Shown piece after piece: positions 12,982-26,493 of a stretch of DNA of 64,000 nucleotides. The notes below the pieces were generated by a model. The model was not told the origin of the DNA, made no database searches, and saw nothing but the letters and a program-made list of their open reading frames with translations. The stretch comes from Chrysomallon squamiferum (Eukaryota > Animalia > Mollusca): contig CM022665.1 in the NCBI GenBank assembly GCA_012295275.1, positions 38,812,001 through 38,876,000 on the forward strand. The letters are read 5' to 3'. The first letter of the stretch is position 1. Each line of letters starts with the position of its first letter. Position numbers and translations under genes: made by a program.

Positions 12982-13937
12982 ACAAAGGAAAGAGGCCATT
13001 AGAGAGCCCAAAACTGTTTAGTTGATTTTTTTCTCACATCTAGGTTAAGTTGTCAGTCTCACGTTTGTTTTCTGAAATAAAGTACAAATTTGAATGCGTG
13101 GAATGGAAGTTTATTTATTAAAACAGAGGTTAAAGTGTTTAAATTTTATTAACATTGATATGATTATCCCCACTGCTCTCCCTGCTACAATTATTATTAT
13201 TAATATTTTTATTATTATTATTTTTGTTGTTGTTGTTGTTGTTCCTTGTATTAAAAATAGATATTATAGTCTGAAATAAAATTAAATACAAAATGTACTT
13301 CAAAATGTATCTAATTCTAAACAGTTTTGTGTGTTAATTTGAATTATAACTTTTTAATTACAAATGTAATAAATACTGTATTTGATTTCATTGTAAATAT
13401 CGCACGTGCAAAATGCTTTTGTGCTTTTCTTTCATTATAAATATGTTTCACATTGCTTTATATTAATTTTAAAAGCAGAACGTCAGATGCTACGTTTTAA
13501 GAAATAACTCGAAAATCACGCAGAGGACACGTAAATAGGAAGTAACCGATTACAGTCTTAAGATATCAAATCTATCCTGCAAAGGTTACAAGGCCGAGTT
13601 ACAGCGAGGCCTTGTCGAGCTGCAATCAGCATTCAACCCGAGCGAAATAAAACTGGTATCTTAAAGACAGTAACCAGTTTTTCTTTTGTCATAAATAATA
13701 CTCACCGCTCTCACAGAGCAGACGATTCACGCGTATTGATTTGTTCTTCGCCATATATTTACATCAAAAGAAAATAGTTCTTACATAGCAACAATTTGTT
13801 GTTAATTTTTAAAATGAACACGTGTTCTTTTGTTTTGTTTATATTTATTTTAATTCCTTTTGGATGGTGTTTCGAAATTTTTCAAAGATATCTATGTAAC
13901 TATCTATTTATCTGTTTCTCTCTTTGTTTCTCTTTGT

Positions 13938-14054
13938 TTATGTATGTATGTATGTATGTATGTATGTATGTATGTATGTATGTGTGTATGTATATATGTA
14001 TATGCGTACACAGACACCAACATACCTACCTCTCTGTCTTTCCCTCAAAAGTAA

Positions 14055-14100
<46 letters not shown>
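13938..14100. repeat. (TATG)n and (GT)n microsatellites
   Basis: Direct reading of the sequence. Confidence 0.93.
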
Positions 14101-14101
<1 letters not shown>

Positions 14102-14643
14102 TATCTGTCAATAACTATCTACTTACCTACCTAAGCAGCTGTCTGTTGTAAAACTAAAAAAAAGTAACAATTTCAAAACAAACTACGATCTGTTAATTTG
14201 ATTACTCAACGCATTACAAAGAGTTGATTTTTTTAACAGTGTTTGTCAGTATCGAGACTGTTATTAAGTATTAAACTTGAAGAACCTCTTCAGTAACTTC
14301 TCCATAGTTTAAGAGTATTACAAGACATTTCCGTTTGTTCAAATCTCATTTCGGAGTGCTTTATCATTAACAATTAAAGTGTCTGGTCTTAGGAATATAA
14401 GAGAGAGAACTAGAGAGATAAAGAGGAAAACAGAGAGAGGGTAACAGAAATAAATTGTTATAAATACAGAAGGAAAAAAAAAGAGAAAAAAAAAAAAAAA
14501 AGAAGAAAAAAAATCTAGAAGAAATAGAGAAAGAGAAAGAAGCAATGATACAGAATTAGAAATAAAATGATACAAACAAAAAGAGGTTAGCAGAGAAAGA
14601 GACAGAAAGAGATTTTGAGTTTGAACCTTTTATTTTCTTTTTG

Positions 14644-14646
<3 letters not shown>

Positions 14647-14716
<70 letters not shown>
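14647..14716. repeat. (CT)n microsatellite
   Basis: Direct reading of the sequence. Confidence 0.97.
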
Positions 14717-14722
<6 letters not shown>

Positions 14723-17347
14723 TATTCCTTTTTCTTCTGCTGCTTTTCATTTTTCAAGCATACGAAAACTTGAAACTGGAGAGATTCGTTGATTGACAAG
14801 TGCAGAGATCTGCTCGCCAAAAGCTAAGTCCTGTCGAGGATTTTTCTGGTCTGTTTGATAAAGCACTCACGATGGAGGACTTCTAAAGTCGCTCGCCAAC
14901 TGTTGTATGTTTACGCTCCAGCGTTTGCTCGAGAGTCTCTTCCAGACGTGTATCGCGAGTATTCTTCACAGTTTAAAGTCAACACTCGACTTTGTCGCCT
15001 CAGTTGATTTCCTTCTTTTTTCATCGACAAGTGATTCAAATAAAAACTTAAGTTATTTTTTTTAAAAACCTCTCTCTCTTTCTCTGTGTCTGTGTCTCAT
15101 TGCTTTTCTTTTCCCGTATCTAAACACGTTACTTATGCTCTGGTATGTCTGTTCTCCGAGGGGCTGTCTCTCTCTCTCTCGCTCTTGTTGAGTGCTCGAT
15201 TTTCTTTCGACATGGAATCCTTGAGCAGTCACGCTAAATGGACTCTTTTGTAGCTATTTCCCGGTCCAACTAGACCGATAGCAGTAGTGATCGTCACAGA
15301 CGGAACATCACAAATCTTAAAATATTTTTTGTTTAGCAATGACGAATTAATTTAACGCTAAAATTTAAACTCTTCAGGTAAATATCTGTAACTGTTTCAA
15401 ACGTAGCTAAGACTGAATAATAAACGCTTATTATAAATAATTAAAAAATATGTAATTAAAAGCATACGGATAAAAAAATTTTTCCAGGATGTAGAATAAA
15501 CGTGCAAGACACATTATTCAAAATCACAAAAAAAAAAAAAAAAAAGGTTTTTGTTGTTGTTTGTTTTTTGTTTTTTTTTTAATTTTCTACAAGTATGTTA
15601 AATGGATTAGTGAGAAAAGAGGGTTTTATTCTTCCTTAATATTAATAATCTCAGATATGCAGTTATTACAGGAACACGATCATGCCTGAGAGTCTTACGT
15701 CAGAAAAATAGCTGTATTGCAGAAACAAACAAAATTTCGACTTTCGTTTCCACCAGAAAATTCCCCGAAGAAAATATTTCAATAAACGTGCTTATTAAAC
15801 GAATAAAGGAAAGTCAAATCAAAGACGGACACTAAGATTTTAAACAACAGAGGAGCTTGCAAATATTATTATCAAGCTCGTCATTCACTTCTGAAACAAA
15901 CATTAAAGAAGTGATTCAAAAAAAAAAAAAAAAAAAAAAAAAGGGAGGGTACACAATCCACCTGCTGAATTTGGATTTCGACTTTAATTAAAGGAGCCGT
16001 CAGCTCGTTAGAAATGTTCTGTACGGAACAGTAACGATTAACGCTGTCCATCACAAATAAATGTTTTCCCCGGTCTCGTCGAGAAGTCTCTCGTCCACCC
16101 CTGCACCCCCCGGGGATCGCTGGAGAGGCAATCACAGCACGTCTGCAGAAAACACTCGGAGTCACAGGGTTCACGTTGCTTTAAAGCTGGTGTAAAAACC
16201 GCATTCACGACGCGAAATCAATAATGCACGGACAAAGGGAGACGTTTTTCCCTCAACGTCACGTCCCTTGTACTCGGTCATTAGCGGCATTATCGGCCCA
16301 AACAGCGATCACTACACCTTTGTTTAGGGCAATTTGCTTCTCGAGTGCTTGTAAATTCTTCTCACCTGTTAATTTATCGATTCGTTAATGAAAAGCTTAT
16401 TGCAAAGTTTTTTTTTTTGTGTGTGTGTGTGTTGTTTTTTTTTTTCGTAGAAAACCGCTAGACGAGGAATACTATGGAAACCCGCGTGTTCCGATTCGGA
16501 TGAATTCATCGCCCGCTGAGCGCTACATGGCTTCTTTTGTTACTCCAACATGGCAGCCGAATGTCCGGGGTGGGGCCGAGCAGCAGGGGGTGCGATCCGC
16601 CTGCTACGGAGTCCAGGCATATGAACCATGGGCACAGCCACTTGTGTCAAAACACTCAACAGGTTTTTTGTGAAAAAAAAGGGTCCTTTATTTTTCTGTG
16701 CTCTTGTTTACTCTGGGGAGGGACGAACCCACGGCGAGTTTGGGGCGTGTCGCGAGCTCTCGAGAGTGTGCTGAACCGCGCAATGCACGTGCATCCTGAT
16801 GCTGAGATTTTTAGCAAAGTGTGTAGTGATTATACGTTCAATATTAGATTCTGCTAAACGCCTTCATTACAGTTTCTTTTTTTTTATATTTCCTTATTAA
16901 ATTTATAAGTAATTGCTATTCTGATTTTTTTCTTCTTGTCATTTAGCAAAAATTAATATCATTCGGTGATTTCTTTCAATAAAATGAAAAACAAAATTGG
17001 TTATTTGAGACATTAATCTCAAATGCTTGTTAAAATTTTATCCTTTTTTTTTTTTTTTTTTTTAACTTACAATTAATTTTTAAATGGGAAAAATATGCAT
17101 GCTTCAGAAAGTAAGTGTGTTTGATACTTTGTTTTGGTGTATACGTGTGCAGAGAGACCTTATTCACTGTTGTGTGCCTGTGAGCATATTCGTGTAGGTA
17201 AATGAGAAAAAAATAAGTAAAAGCAGCTCCACAGAAAAAGACATGTACACGTATTTGTGAACGTTATAATACATGTCCAACCAGGTGTAAACGTTATACT
17301 GAAAGTTTAACCAGGTGTACACAAAGATCGAAATAGAAATTAAATAC

Positions 17348-17378
<31 letters not shown>

Positions 17379-18226
17379 CACTAACCCACTTATACACAAG
17401 ACACACACACACGAACATATGCACACATAGATACACACATATACACACAGACAAACATGCAAAAAAAAAAAAAAAAAAAATCAGCAGTTTCTTACAAACG
17501 TAATAAGAAAATATAATAACGACTTGCACACATTGCAGTCTAAACCCCTAACATAATCACGAAGCTACGTTAACTATCGCGAACACACATGCAGTAGAAA
17601 ACTTCTCTCCTTTTTAAATTTAAAAAAAAAAAAAAAAAAAAATGAAAAAAAAATGAAAAATGTGCCATCGAGATGTGTTTGTGGTGGCGAAACGTCAGAC
17701 AGCATTAAATAAATAAATAAATAACGTGGACTCTTTAATCACGCAGCCAAGCGTCGAGTCGTTTTATTTAAATTTGATTTAACACTCGAGTAAGTACACC
17801 CAGTTTGCATAGCTACCGTAGCGTTCTGCTCCGACCTTCGACAATACCCTACCTCGTGCTTCTCATTGTGTCGAACCGTAGCCTGAACGCAACAAGCGAC
17901 CGTTATCAATTTATTACAATTTAATAATATTGCTTTCGATTGTTCGCCGTGTTTCACGTGGCAGGAAACAGGTATGGTGTTGAAATTAAGACCATTGCAC
18001 TTTCGGCGTGTATAGCAATGTTTGTGTGTAAATCAGTGGTGCAAGAAATAACCGCGTGAATTTGAGACAGTTTGTATGCGTTAAAAAACTATTAGCTAGT
18101 AGGTGGAGTCGAAATTTCAGTATAGTTAGAATTTTTATGGGTGTTTTTATTTTCGATCTATCGTGACGCTTGATCATGTTTAATCAGTAATAATAACGTT
18201 AACAATAATAGCAGTAGTGAGAGTGG

Positions 18227-18266
<40 letters not shown>

Positions 18267-19147
18267 GGGTAGTAGTAGTAGTAGTAGTAGTAACTAAAGG
18301 AGCAGACACAGACACTGGTATCACAAATTATATATATATATATTACGAAAAAAAAGTAATTAAAAATCATGACTATAGAAACAATTATAATAAAAGTAAC
18401 AAAAGAACAAGACCTGCATCAGAAACAACAACAATAATAACATCCAAAAAATATAAGCGATAATAATTCATAATATAAATTATAATGACATGCCAGCTCG
18501 AACAATAATAAACGCAATAACAACAATATGAACAACAAAAATAAAAGTAATAAAATATCAACAACAATAGCAAACAACAGTGACTATAATTAAAATAATA
18601 ACATTATTGTTGTTGTTGTTGTTGTTAGTATTATATTATTATTCTTTTATTATATTTTTGTTTTTATTAATATTATTTTTTTTTTTTAATATTCCTATTT
18701 TTTAATCACATCAAAGAACACTTTAAAAAAACACAAAACAATAGCGTGTTTATCCTCTTTCAATACCACGCGAGTTATCTGCCTTTCATGCCAGGTGTCG
18801 CCGCAGAAATTCGATAATCGCTGGTGACGTTCGTCAGATCGGAATTAAGATACGTCTGACATTTCTGAATTCCAGTGACAGCAGTGTGAACAGATCCATG
18901 GCCATTATCTTTCATATGAATCTGATTTTTACATGAAATTATACTGAGTAAACAAGACGAAATTTAACACCAATTCTACACATGAATGCTCGCGTCCATC
19001 AAACTGGATTTGAGATTTTCTTGCCTAAGACCAGCACGAGTACAAGGTTCTTAAAGAAAGGAATATTGGGTCGAAATCCAAAGAAATATTTTTAATGTAA
19101 AAAAAATTAAAAGTTAAAGGAGTAAATATTAATGGATTTGAGAGGAA

Positions 19148-19178
<31 letters not shown>

Positions 19179-20464
19179 CTGGTTCATAATATTTTAAATA
19201 TTTAAAATTTGCGACCAAGTACAAATAGTTAAATATTGCAAAAATCATTTTGAGTATGTTATTATTATAATATATGTAGTGTATATGTAGCGATTTATTT
19301 ATTAATTATTTATTTATTTATCTATTTATTTATTTTATTTTTGTTTTTATTTTTGTTTTTATTTTTGTTTTTTAATTTTTTAATATGTGTATGTGTGTGT
19401 CTGTTCGCGTGTTGCGCGCGCGTGTGTGTGAGAGAGAGAGAGAGAGATCCTTTAAAACATTCGCTGATTCATTTAAAATATAATAAACATTGTCTTAGGA
19501 CAGACACCTCAGGTTCTTTGATTGTGTGTCCAAGATTCACGTACATGAACACAAACATAGAGAATAGTTATATAACATATTTGAATTAGGTTAATGAGTT
19601 TACGCAGTTTTCTAATAATAATAATAATAATAATCTTTTTAATTTCAATTAGCAATAATTTTTATTCCGTGTACATAATTATTATTATTATTCGTACGTG
19701 TTTCTTCAGTGTTGTTATGTGGTTAATTTTATTAACAGCTATTCAGATATATAGAGAATCAAACCATTCGGTGTTTTAACATGTCCCAGATAACAGTACA
19801 TAATTTACTTTAAAAAAATAACAGTTATGCCAATAGTGTTCCAAAATTTCCGAATTCCCTGTCTCACGAACGATCAAAGAGTATTCTGTCTACATACATA
19901 TATTATAAATGAAGTAATCTTTCTTAGAAATACGTATTTAAAACTGACTGTTTAGAAAAATACACACAAGTTATTGAGAAAATCCAGTAATCTATTGGTC
20001 GTATGTTACCTTAATGGCCGTATATCGGGGACAAGTTGGTAGTTTGAGATTTAAATTCTCCACATCCGTTTGAACTTCAAAGTCTTATTCTCCGCGGACT
20101 AGGCATGTTTTCTGACATGAGGGAATCCACCCGATAGATTTATACCAGGGTGGATTAAAGTGTGCCCGGTTTACTTTCTAAAGAAAATAGGATAACAGCT
20201 CAGATTTTTAATAACCGTTGTGTCACATTTGGTGTTCGGTTAATTCTTCATCATTTGTTATGGAGTAAACGACACCACGTTGGTCCAGTGCAGTCTTGCG
20301 CATGGGTTACTAGGATCATTTGAGTCTTTCTTTAAACAAAATAAATAATAATAAATAATGCATTTTATGATAAAACGTTTCTGATTCATGCTGATCTAAA
20401 ACATAAAAATGTTGTTTTTTTTTCATTTGAAATGATATTTTGGAATTGGTGATAATACGAATAA

Positions 20465-20541
<77 letters not shown>

Positions 20542-20572
20542 TAGTAGTAGTAGTAGTAGAAGTAGTAGTAAT
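20465..20572. repeat. Compound (AAT)n-(AGT)n microsatellite
   Basis: Direct reading; a related compound block lies at ~18230-18292. Confidence 0.92.
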
Positions 20573-22483
20573 AAAAGAAGCAGACAAAGAGAATTGGTAT
20601 CACAAATTATATATATATTTTTATTTTATTTATTTTTTAAAAAATTTTTTTTTTTTTTTTTTTATTGATTTATTTATTTATTTTTTTTTTTTTTTCAATA
20701 TAGGTATCACTCCATGCATAATAGTTCACTGCAAACGTGGCAAAGAAATAAAACAGTTACCGTAATCCCATGATTCCATAATACATTTTTATTAAACAAA
20801 TCTCAGAGCAATAAATGACATCACTCGGGATACCCAGAATTGTTTACGTCATAAACTACTAGCAAGTAATTCCAGAATATTAGCAACAAATAACAGTTTA
20901 TCTCCCTAGTGGCACAACACCAGAATTTACAATTCTGTAACCAGGAAAAAAAAAATATATATATATATATAAAAAAAAACCACATATATATCCGAAAGTT
21001 CCGAATTTTTGATAACAACTTTAAAGACTTTGATTTGTCATACCTAGACACACACGATATGGTTGGTGTGTACACAGTCTACAAAATATACACGCCATAA
21101 ATTCATGCACGTGTTAGATGAATGGTGCAGAAATGGTGCACCGAGGACAAGTTATTTAACCCTGAAAAACAAACGGTAATTCAACGATATGGCACGATAC
21201 ACGAGTAGTTTATCTCAGGTAACTCTAATCGTAAATTAACCGTTCTCCTCATTCAGTCAAATCCAGAGGTTTAAAGGCTTTAGCTGGAATTGGTTTGTGT
21301 ACTAGTGAAGAGATATAGCACATTGTTCGTGAGTACGAGAAGAAATGAAGGAAAGAAAAGAAAAAACAAAAAATGAATAAGAGAAGAAATATTCAGTGGC
21401 ATAAGGATAGACCAGACAAGCGGAGACAGACATACCATAGAGATAGATTGGATAAAAAGAAAGAATGGAAATTTTAAAAATGATTTATCTTGAATATTTG
21501 GAATTTTTAATATTGTACCTAATTTAAAACAACAGAAAAAAAAAAAGAAAAAAAAAAAACAATTTAAAAAAAAAAAGAAGAAATAATAATAAAATTCGAT
21601 GATGTTATGAAGGGAAAAGCCAAAATTTTTATTTTATTGATCTATTTTTGACGTTATTTTTAAAAATTCCATTTCATTAGACTTCCATTGTGAATAAAAC
21701 AGCCATGTAACAGTCATCACAACAGCAATGCAAAGAAGAAAAAAATAACAGAAATCATTATTGGTTCTATATGTTTTCTCTTTTTTTTACATTTTCATAT
21801 ATATTGTTTAATAAATTGGCCAACAAAGGTTGTACAAAAGTGCAACATATTTAAAATAATCATTTTTACAAAAATTAATTTTATTTATAATTAATACTGT
21901 TTTATTTCCTAAAACTGTTTAAATAACTGTTTAACATTATAAAAGGAAAAAACCCAACTAATATACAAAATATTCAAATTTGGAATATATTACAGATAAC
22001 AGTTAATTTTACCATGATTAGTGTTATTTTTATAAAGTGATTTTCACACTGAAGTTTACTTTCCACTTGTTTCTATTGACTTACTCGCTGCAAAGTTTTA
22101 CATTATTTTTATTGCTGCTGACAGAAATAAGCATTAGTCCAGTCAATGGTGGTTTGAACGTTGACCACAGGATTGTCCATTGACACCTCTTCCTTCCAGA
22201 CCTAGTCCAGAATGTGGTCAGTAAAGACTGCGGTTTGTGTTTTTGTATTTGACTGAATGTGTGTGCAAAAGAAATTTGTTGCTTGTGAAAAAAAAAAAAA
22301 AAATGCAGTGACTTCATTTGGAAAGTTGTAATCATATGTCAGAAATGCAAAATATGAGGCATTCCTAGAAAATTAATCGGTATGTTTTAACGGTTTCGTT
22401 AACTTTATTGTCACAATTCAGAGATGTTAAAAACTGTTTAATAATAATTTATTTATTTATTTATTTATTTATTATTATTATTA

Positions 22484-22519
<36 letters not shown>

Positions 22520-24055
22520 GTATTATAAACAAAACGAAACAGTGGTCATGTAGGAAACAACGAAATAATGTCGCCTGACTTAGAACCCAGAATATTAAAT
22601 CTAAGAGATATTTTTTTCTTTTTGTTCACTGAATAAAATACCATAAAATAAAAAAATAAATAAATGCTGAATGAATGAATGAATGAATGAATGAATGAAA
22701 ATATAAATAATTATTTCTGTATGTAATTTATTTTGTCTATTTATCTAAAATAAATAAACCTACTAAAACAGCGGAAGAAGCAATTAATGTGATAATAAAA
22801 TTATGACCAAATTATAATACAACAAGGTTATGTTGGTTTTCATTTTATTTATGACTTTATGCTTGTATTAAAATTTATTATTTATTAGATTGGTAACTTA
22901 AGTGGTTTATGATCTTATTTCTGTATTAAATACAGAGAATTACTGAATTGTTCATGACAAATTTCAAAAACTAAATGCAGATACCAAATTTCTGTTAATA
23001 TAGATTAAAATTACTTACATAAAATATCCATAGTAAATTACGTTTTATTTTCAAATACTTTATTAATTTCATAATATTTATTTTCTTCTAATATTCAGTA
23101 TAATCTTTTAATATATTTCTATTTACATAACTCATATATTCTATATATTTATTTGTTTATTCATAAATATAGTTATATGTCTTTATTATTAACTGTAATG
23201 CTTTAAATATCGGTTATCTATTTTCCTGTCACTTTCAAATAATACAAGATTTTTGGAAAAAAAAAAAAAAAAAAATTATTACTTGCTATTATTTATTTAT
23301 TTATTTATTTTATTGTTGTTATTCTTGTTGTTTTGATCTTTTTAAGTAGAATTTTATTTTATTCTTCTAAAAATACTGATGGTTTTAAATTCTTTATCTT
23401 TTTTTCTTTTCTTACTTTTCTTTTTAAAAAACATTTTAATTCTTGCATCTTTATTCTGATACATTTTTATATCTTAGAATGAACAAAATATTTTTATATT
23501 AATTATCACTTGCTTATTATTTTATTATTCTTGAATTTTTCTTTTTCTTTTTTTTTTTTTTACCGCAAACAAATAAACAAACACATCACTCATGAATGTC
23601 AGTACATTATTAACATCTTTATCATATTTGATATAAATGATGCAGAGGATACTTTTAAGGGTGGATAGGGGCGTCACCCGAAATTCCATTCCCAGCCCCT
23701 TCTAATTGAGACCGACCCAGGGTCATACGTTAGGGCGGAGTCGCTTAAGCTTTTAATCTACGTCACGGGGAGATTGTATACAAAGAATTTGATTTGGGTT
23801 CGAGAATTTGCGGGTGGTATTATTATTTCACGGGTGGCATATTTTGTAGAACACCGGGGAGGGCTAATGGGCTGGACTGCAATAAGGCGTGAAACTGCTG
23901 GAAACATATTGTAGTTACATGTTAATATAACTAAAGTTCAGTTTTGATCATAAACTGTAATTATAATAATATTTACGATTCATCAAATACTGAATTACTT
24001 TACTTTTATTATTATTGTTGTTGTTGTTGTTGTTGATATTGCCGTCGTCGTCGTC

Positions 24056-24102
<47 letters not shown>

Positions 24103-24830
24103 GGATTGTTTGTTAGTTTATTTGTTTGTTTTTTCGTTCGTTCATTCGGTATTTTGTTTGTTCTTTCGTACGTTTGTTTTTAAATATACAGAAACTATGA
24201 ACATTTGCCATTATAAAAAGTTTAAATATGAAAAAAAATAGATATAATTAATATCAAGATAAATGATGCCAAACAGAACATTATATTCCCTATGTACATT
24301 AAAAAAACAATAATAATAATAAATAAATAATAAAAAAAACAAAAAAACAACGTATCTTCTTAAGCAGTGAATCTAACCATTTTGATCCTTTTTATATCCA
24401 TGCCTGTGTAGAAATTAAGTTTTAAGCTCAAACACATTCAGTATGTAATATGTTATTAATTAACGTTTTGCATTTACACTTTTTGCTATCCAACTGTCAC
24501 TGTGTGCACCCGCCATCCTGATAATGTTGTTTGTGTGTGTGTACTTATGTGTGTATGTGTGTGTCTTTGCGTTTGCGAGACAGTGAGAGAGAGAGAGAGT
24601 GAGTTTGTTTATTATGACAGCGATGTATAATTATATGTTTAGAAAAAAATATATATAAAAAAAAATTATAAAAATAAAAATGCTGAATAAACCGCTTGAA
24701 GTGATCTTCGGTGACTAATCTTTCAAATTTCAATTATGTTCCACAGAAAAACAGTGAGATAATATTATGCATTCGATTAAATCAGATCTATCTCGCTGGC
24801 GCCTCTGGACGTCGTACTGCTCGGCAAAGC

Positions 24831-24948
24831 GGATTACCTGAAACGTGCTACCCAGGTAGGCCGCAGGTAAACTAGGGTTTTACAGGTAATGTTCGGCGTT
24901 GGAGATAGATATGGATATAGATAGTAGCCGCGCCTCACACCTCGTTAT
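24831..24948. promoter_or_regulatory. Candidate enhancer core: four CAGGTA(A/G) sites, a K50-homeodomain site GGATTA and a T-box half-site TCACACCT
   Basis: TTACCTG at 24834 (minus strand), CAGGTAG at 24853, CAGGTAA at 24864 and 24883, GGATTA at 24831, TCACACCT at 24935. Motif matches only; function is inferred. Confidence 0.4.
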
Positions 24949-25473
24949 ACCACGAGACACGAATACACATGACTCTGGCAAATGTTCATGAATATTTACG
25001 AAAGACAAAGCGAAACTTAAATACGAAAGACTTCGAAAAACGCACGATAAGATTTGGATTTTTAAAATAAATTAAATATTTAGTAATGAGAGAGTTTGGT
25101 GAAATTTCAGAAAGCATCAGATAAAAGGGGAATTAAAAGTGTCGTGTAAAGCAAAGTTGGAAAGGATTTAGTGTAAACGTGACCAAAGCTGAGCAATACA
25201 CTGTGACTATGTCATTGTATAAAATACACAGTACTGTGTATGAAACAAGCCTGTTTATAAATTCATACGACATTCAAACAGACAGAAAAAAAAGAGAAAG
25301 AGAGAAGGAAATACAGATGATACATACATAGATAGATAGATAGATAGATAGATGGTGAGAGAGGTAGCAAGAGAGATAGATAGATATACAGATATACAAA
25401 GAGACAGACAGACAGACAGACAGACAGATAGATAGATAGATAGATATATACATAGATAGATAGGATAGGATAG

Positions 25474-25538
<65 letters not shown>

Positions 25539-26443
25539 GTAGGTAGATATATAGAGAGACTGATTGATTGATACTCTGATAAAGGGACAGACATACAAGA
25601 TAGATAAATAAATAGATAGATAGATAAATAGATAGATCGATAGATAAAAGGTGATTAAAACGCGTTATATTCATACTTTACTCTCAAAATTAAAAATGAA
25701 TAATATTAATAATTGTCTTTCAGTTAAAACAAATATATTTTTAAACAGAATAAGTGATCATGTATGTGTGATACTGAATCATTGATTTTACTTTAAACTC
25801 ACGATATTTCAGAACACTTACACAACGTGTTCCATTCAGTTTGTGTGTGCGTGTGTGCGTGTATACGTATGCATGTATGCGGGTATATCTATGCATGATT
25901 AATATTGCGATTAGAATTAGTATATACTAAACTTTATAAACAAAAACACATTGTAATGAGATACACATTCAATACTAAGTTACTTTAACAGCATAATTAT
26001 ACTTCTTAGCAAGTGGACGAAATATTACTGATGATTCTCTCTTAATAATAATCACCATAATATATATTTCTACAAATTAACCAGCCATTGTTATATATAT
26101 CACATTTCCAACAAATAAATCAAGTAAACATTACAAGAATTTCATTGGAAGAATGGGTGTTCATTCTGAAGCTGGTGAATCTGTATAATTAATCATTTGT
26201 TTTAAATGTACACACATGTGACTATGACTCGCATTAGTATAGAAAAATAATACTGTGTATTAATTCAATGCTTCTGGTTTCGACTGAATGCTTCTCGTTT
26301 CTATTGCGAGAATAGAAATATAAACGATGCAAGGGAGATAACCTTACTCTTTTTTTAGCTTCGCCAAAATTTAACGAACATTTGTTTATAATGATGACGA
26401 TGATCCTCATCATCATCATGATAATAAAATAATAATAATAATA

Positions 26444-26493
<50 letters not shown>

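Noticed and set aside
24871-24890. Helitron/Helentron origin of the array (CTAG at 24872, TTTT on both flanks, GACA microsatellite)
   Set aside because: The CTAG lies outside the repeated unit. There is no 5' TC end, GC-rich subterminal hairpin or subterminal inverted repeat. Microhomology-mediated duplication is the simpler explanation.
26012-26040. GGACGAAA...CTGATGA in the array unit as a hammerhead ribozyme (retrozyme-type satellite)
   Set aside because: Only 5 nt separate the two boxes, leaving no room for stems I and III. Stem II cannot close, and the GGACGAAA part is altered in units 6 and 7.
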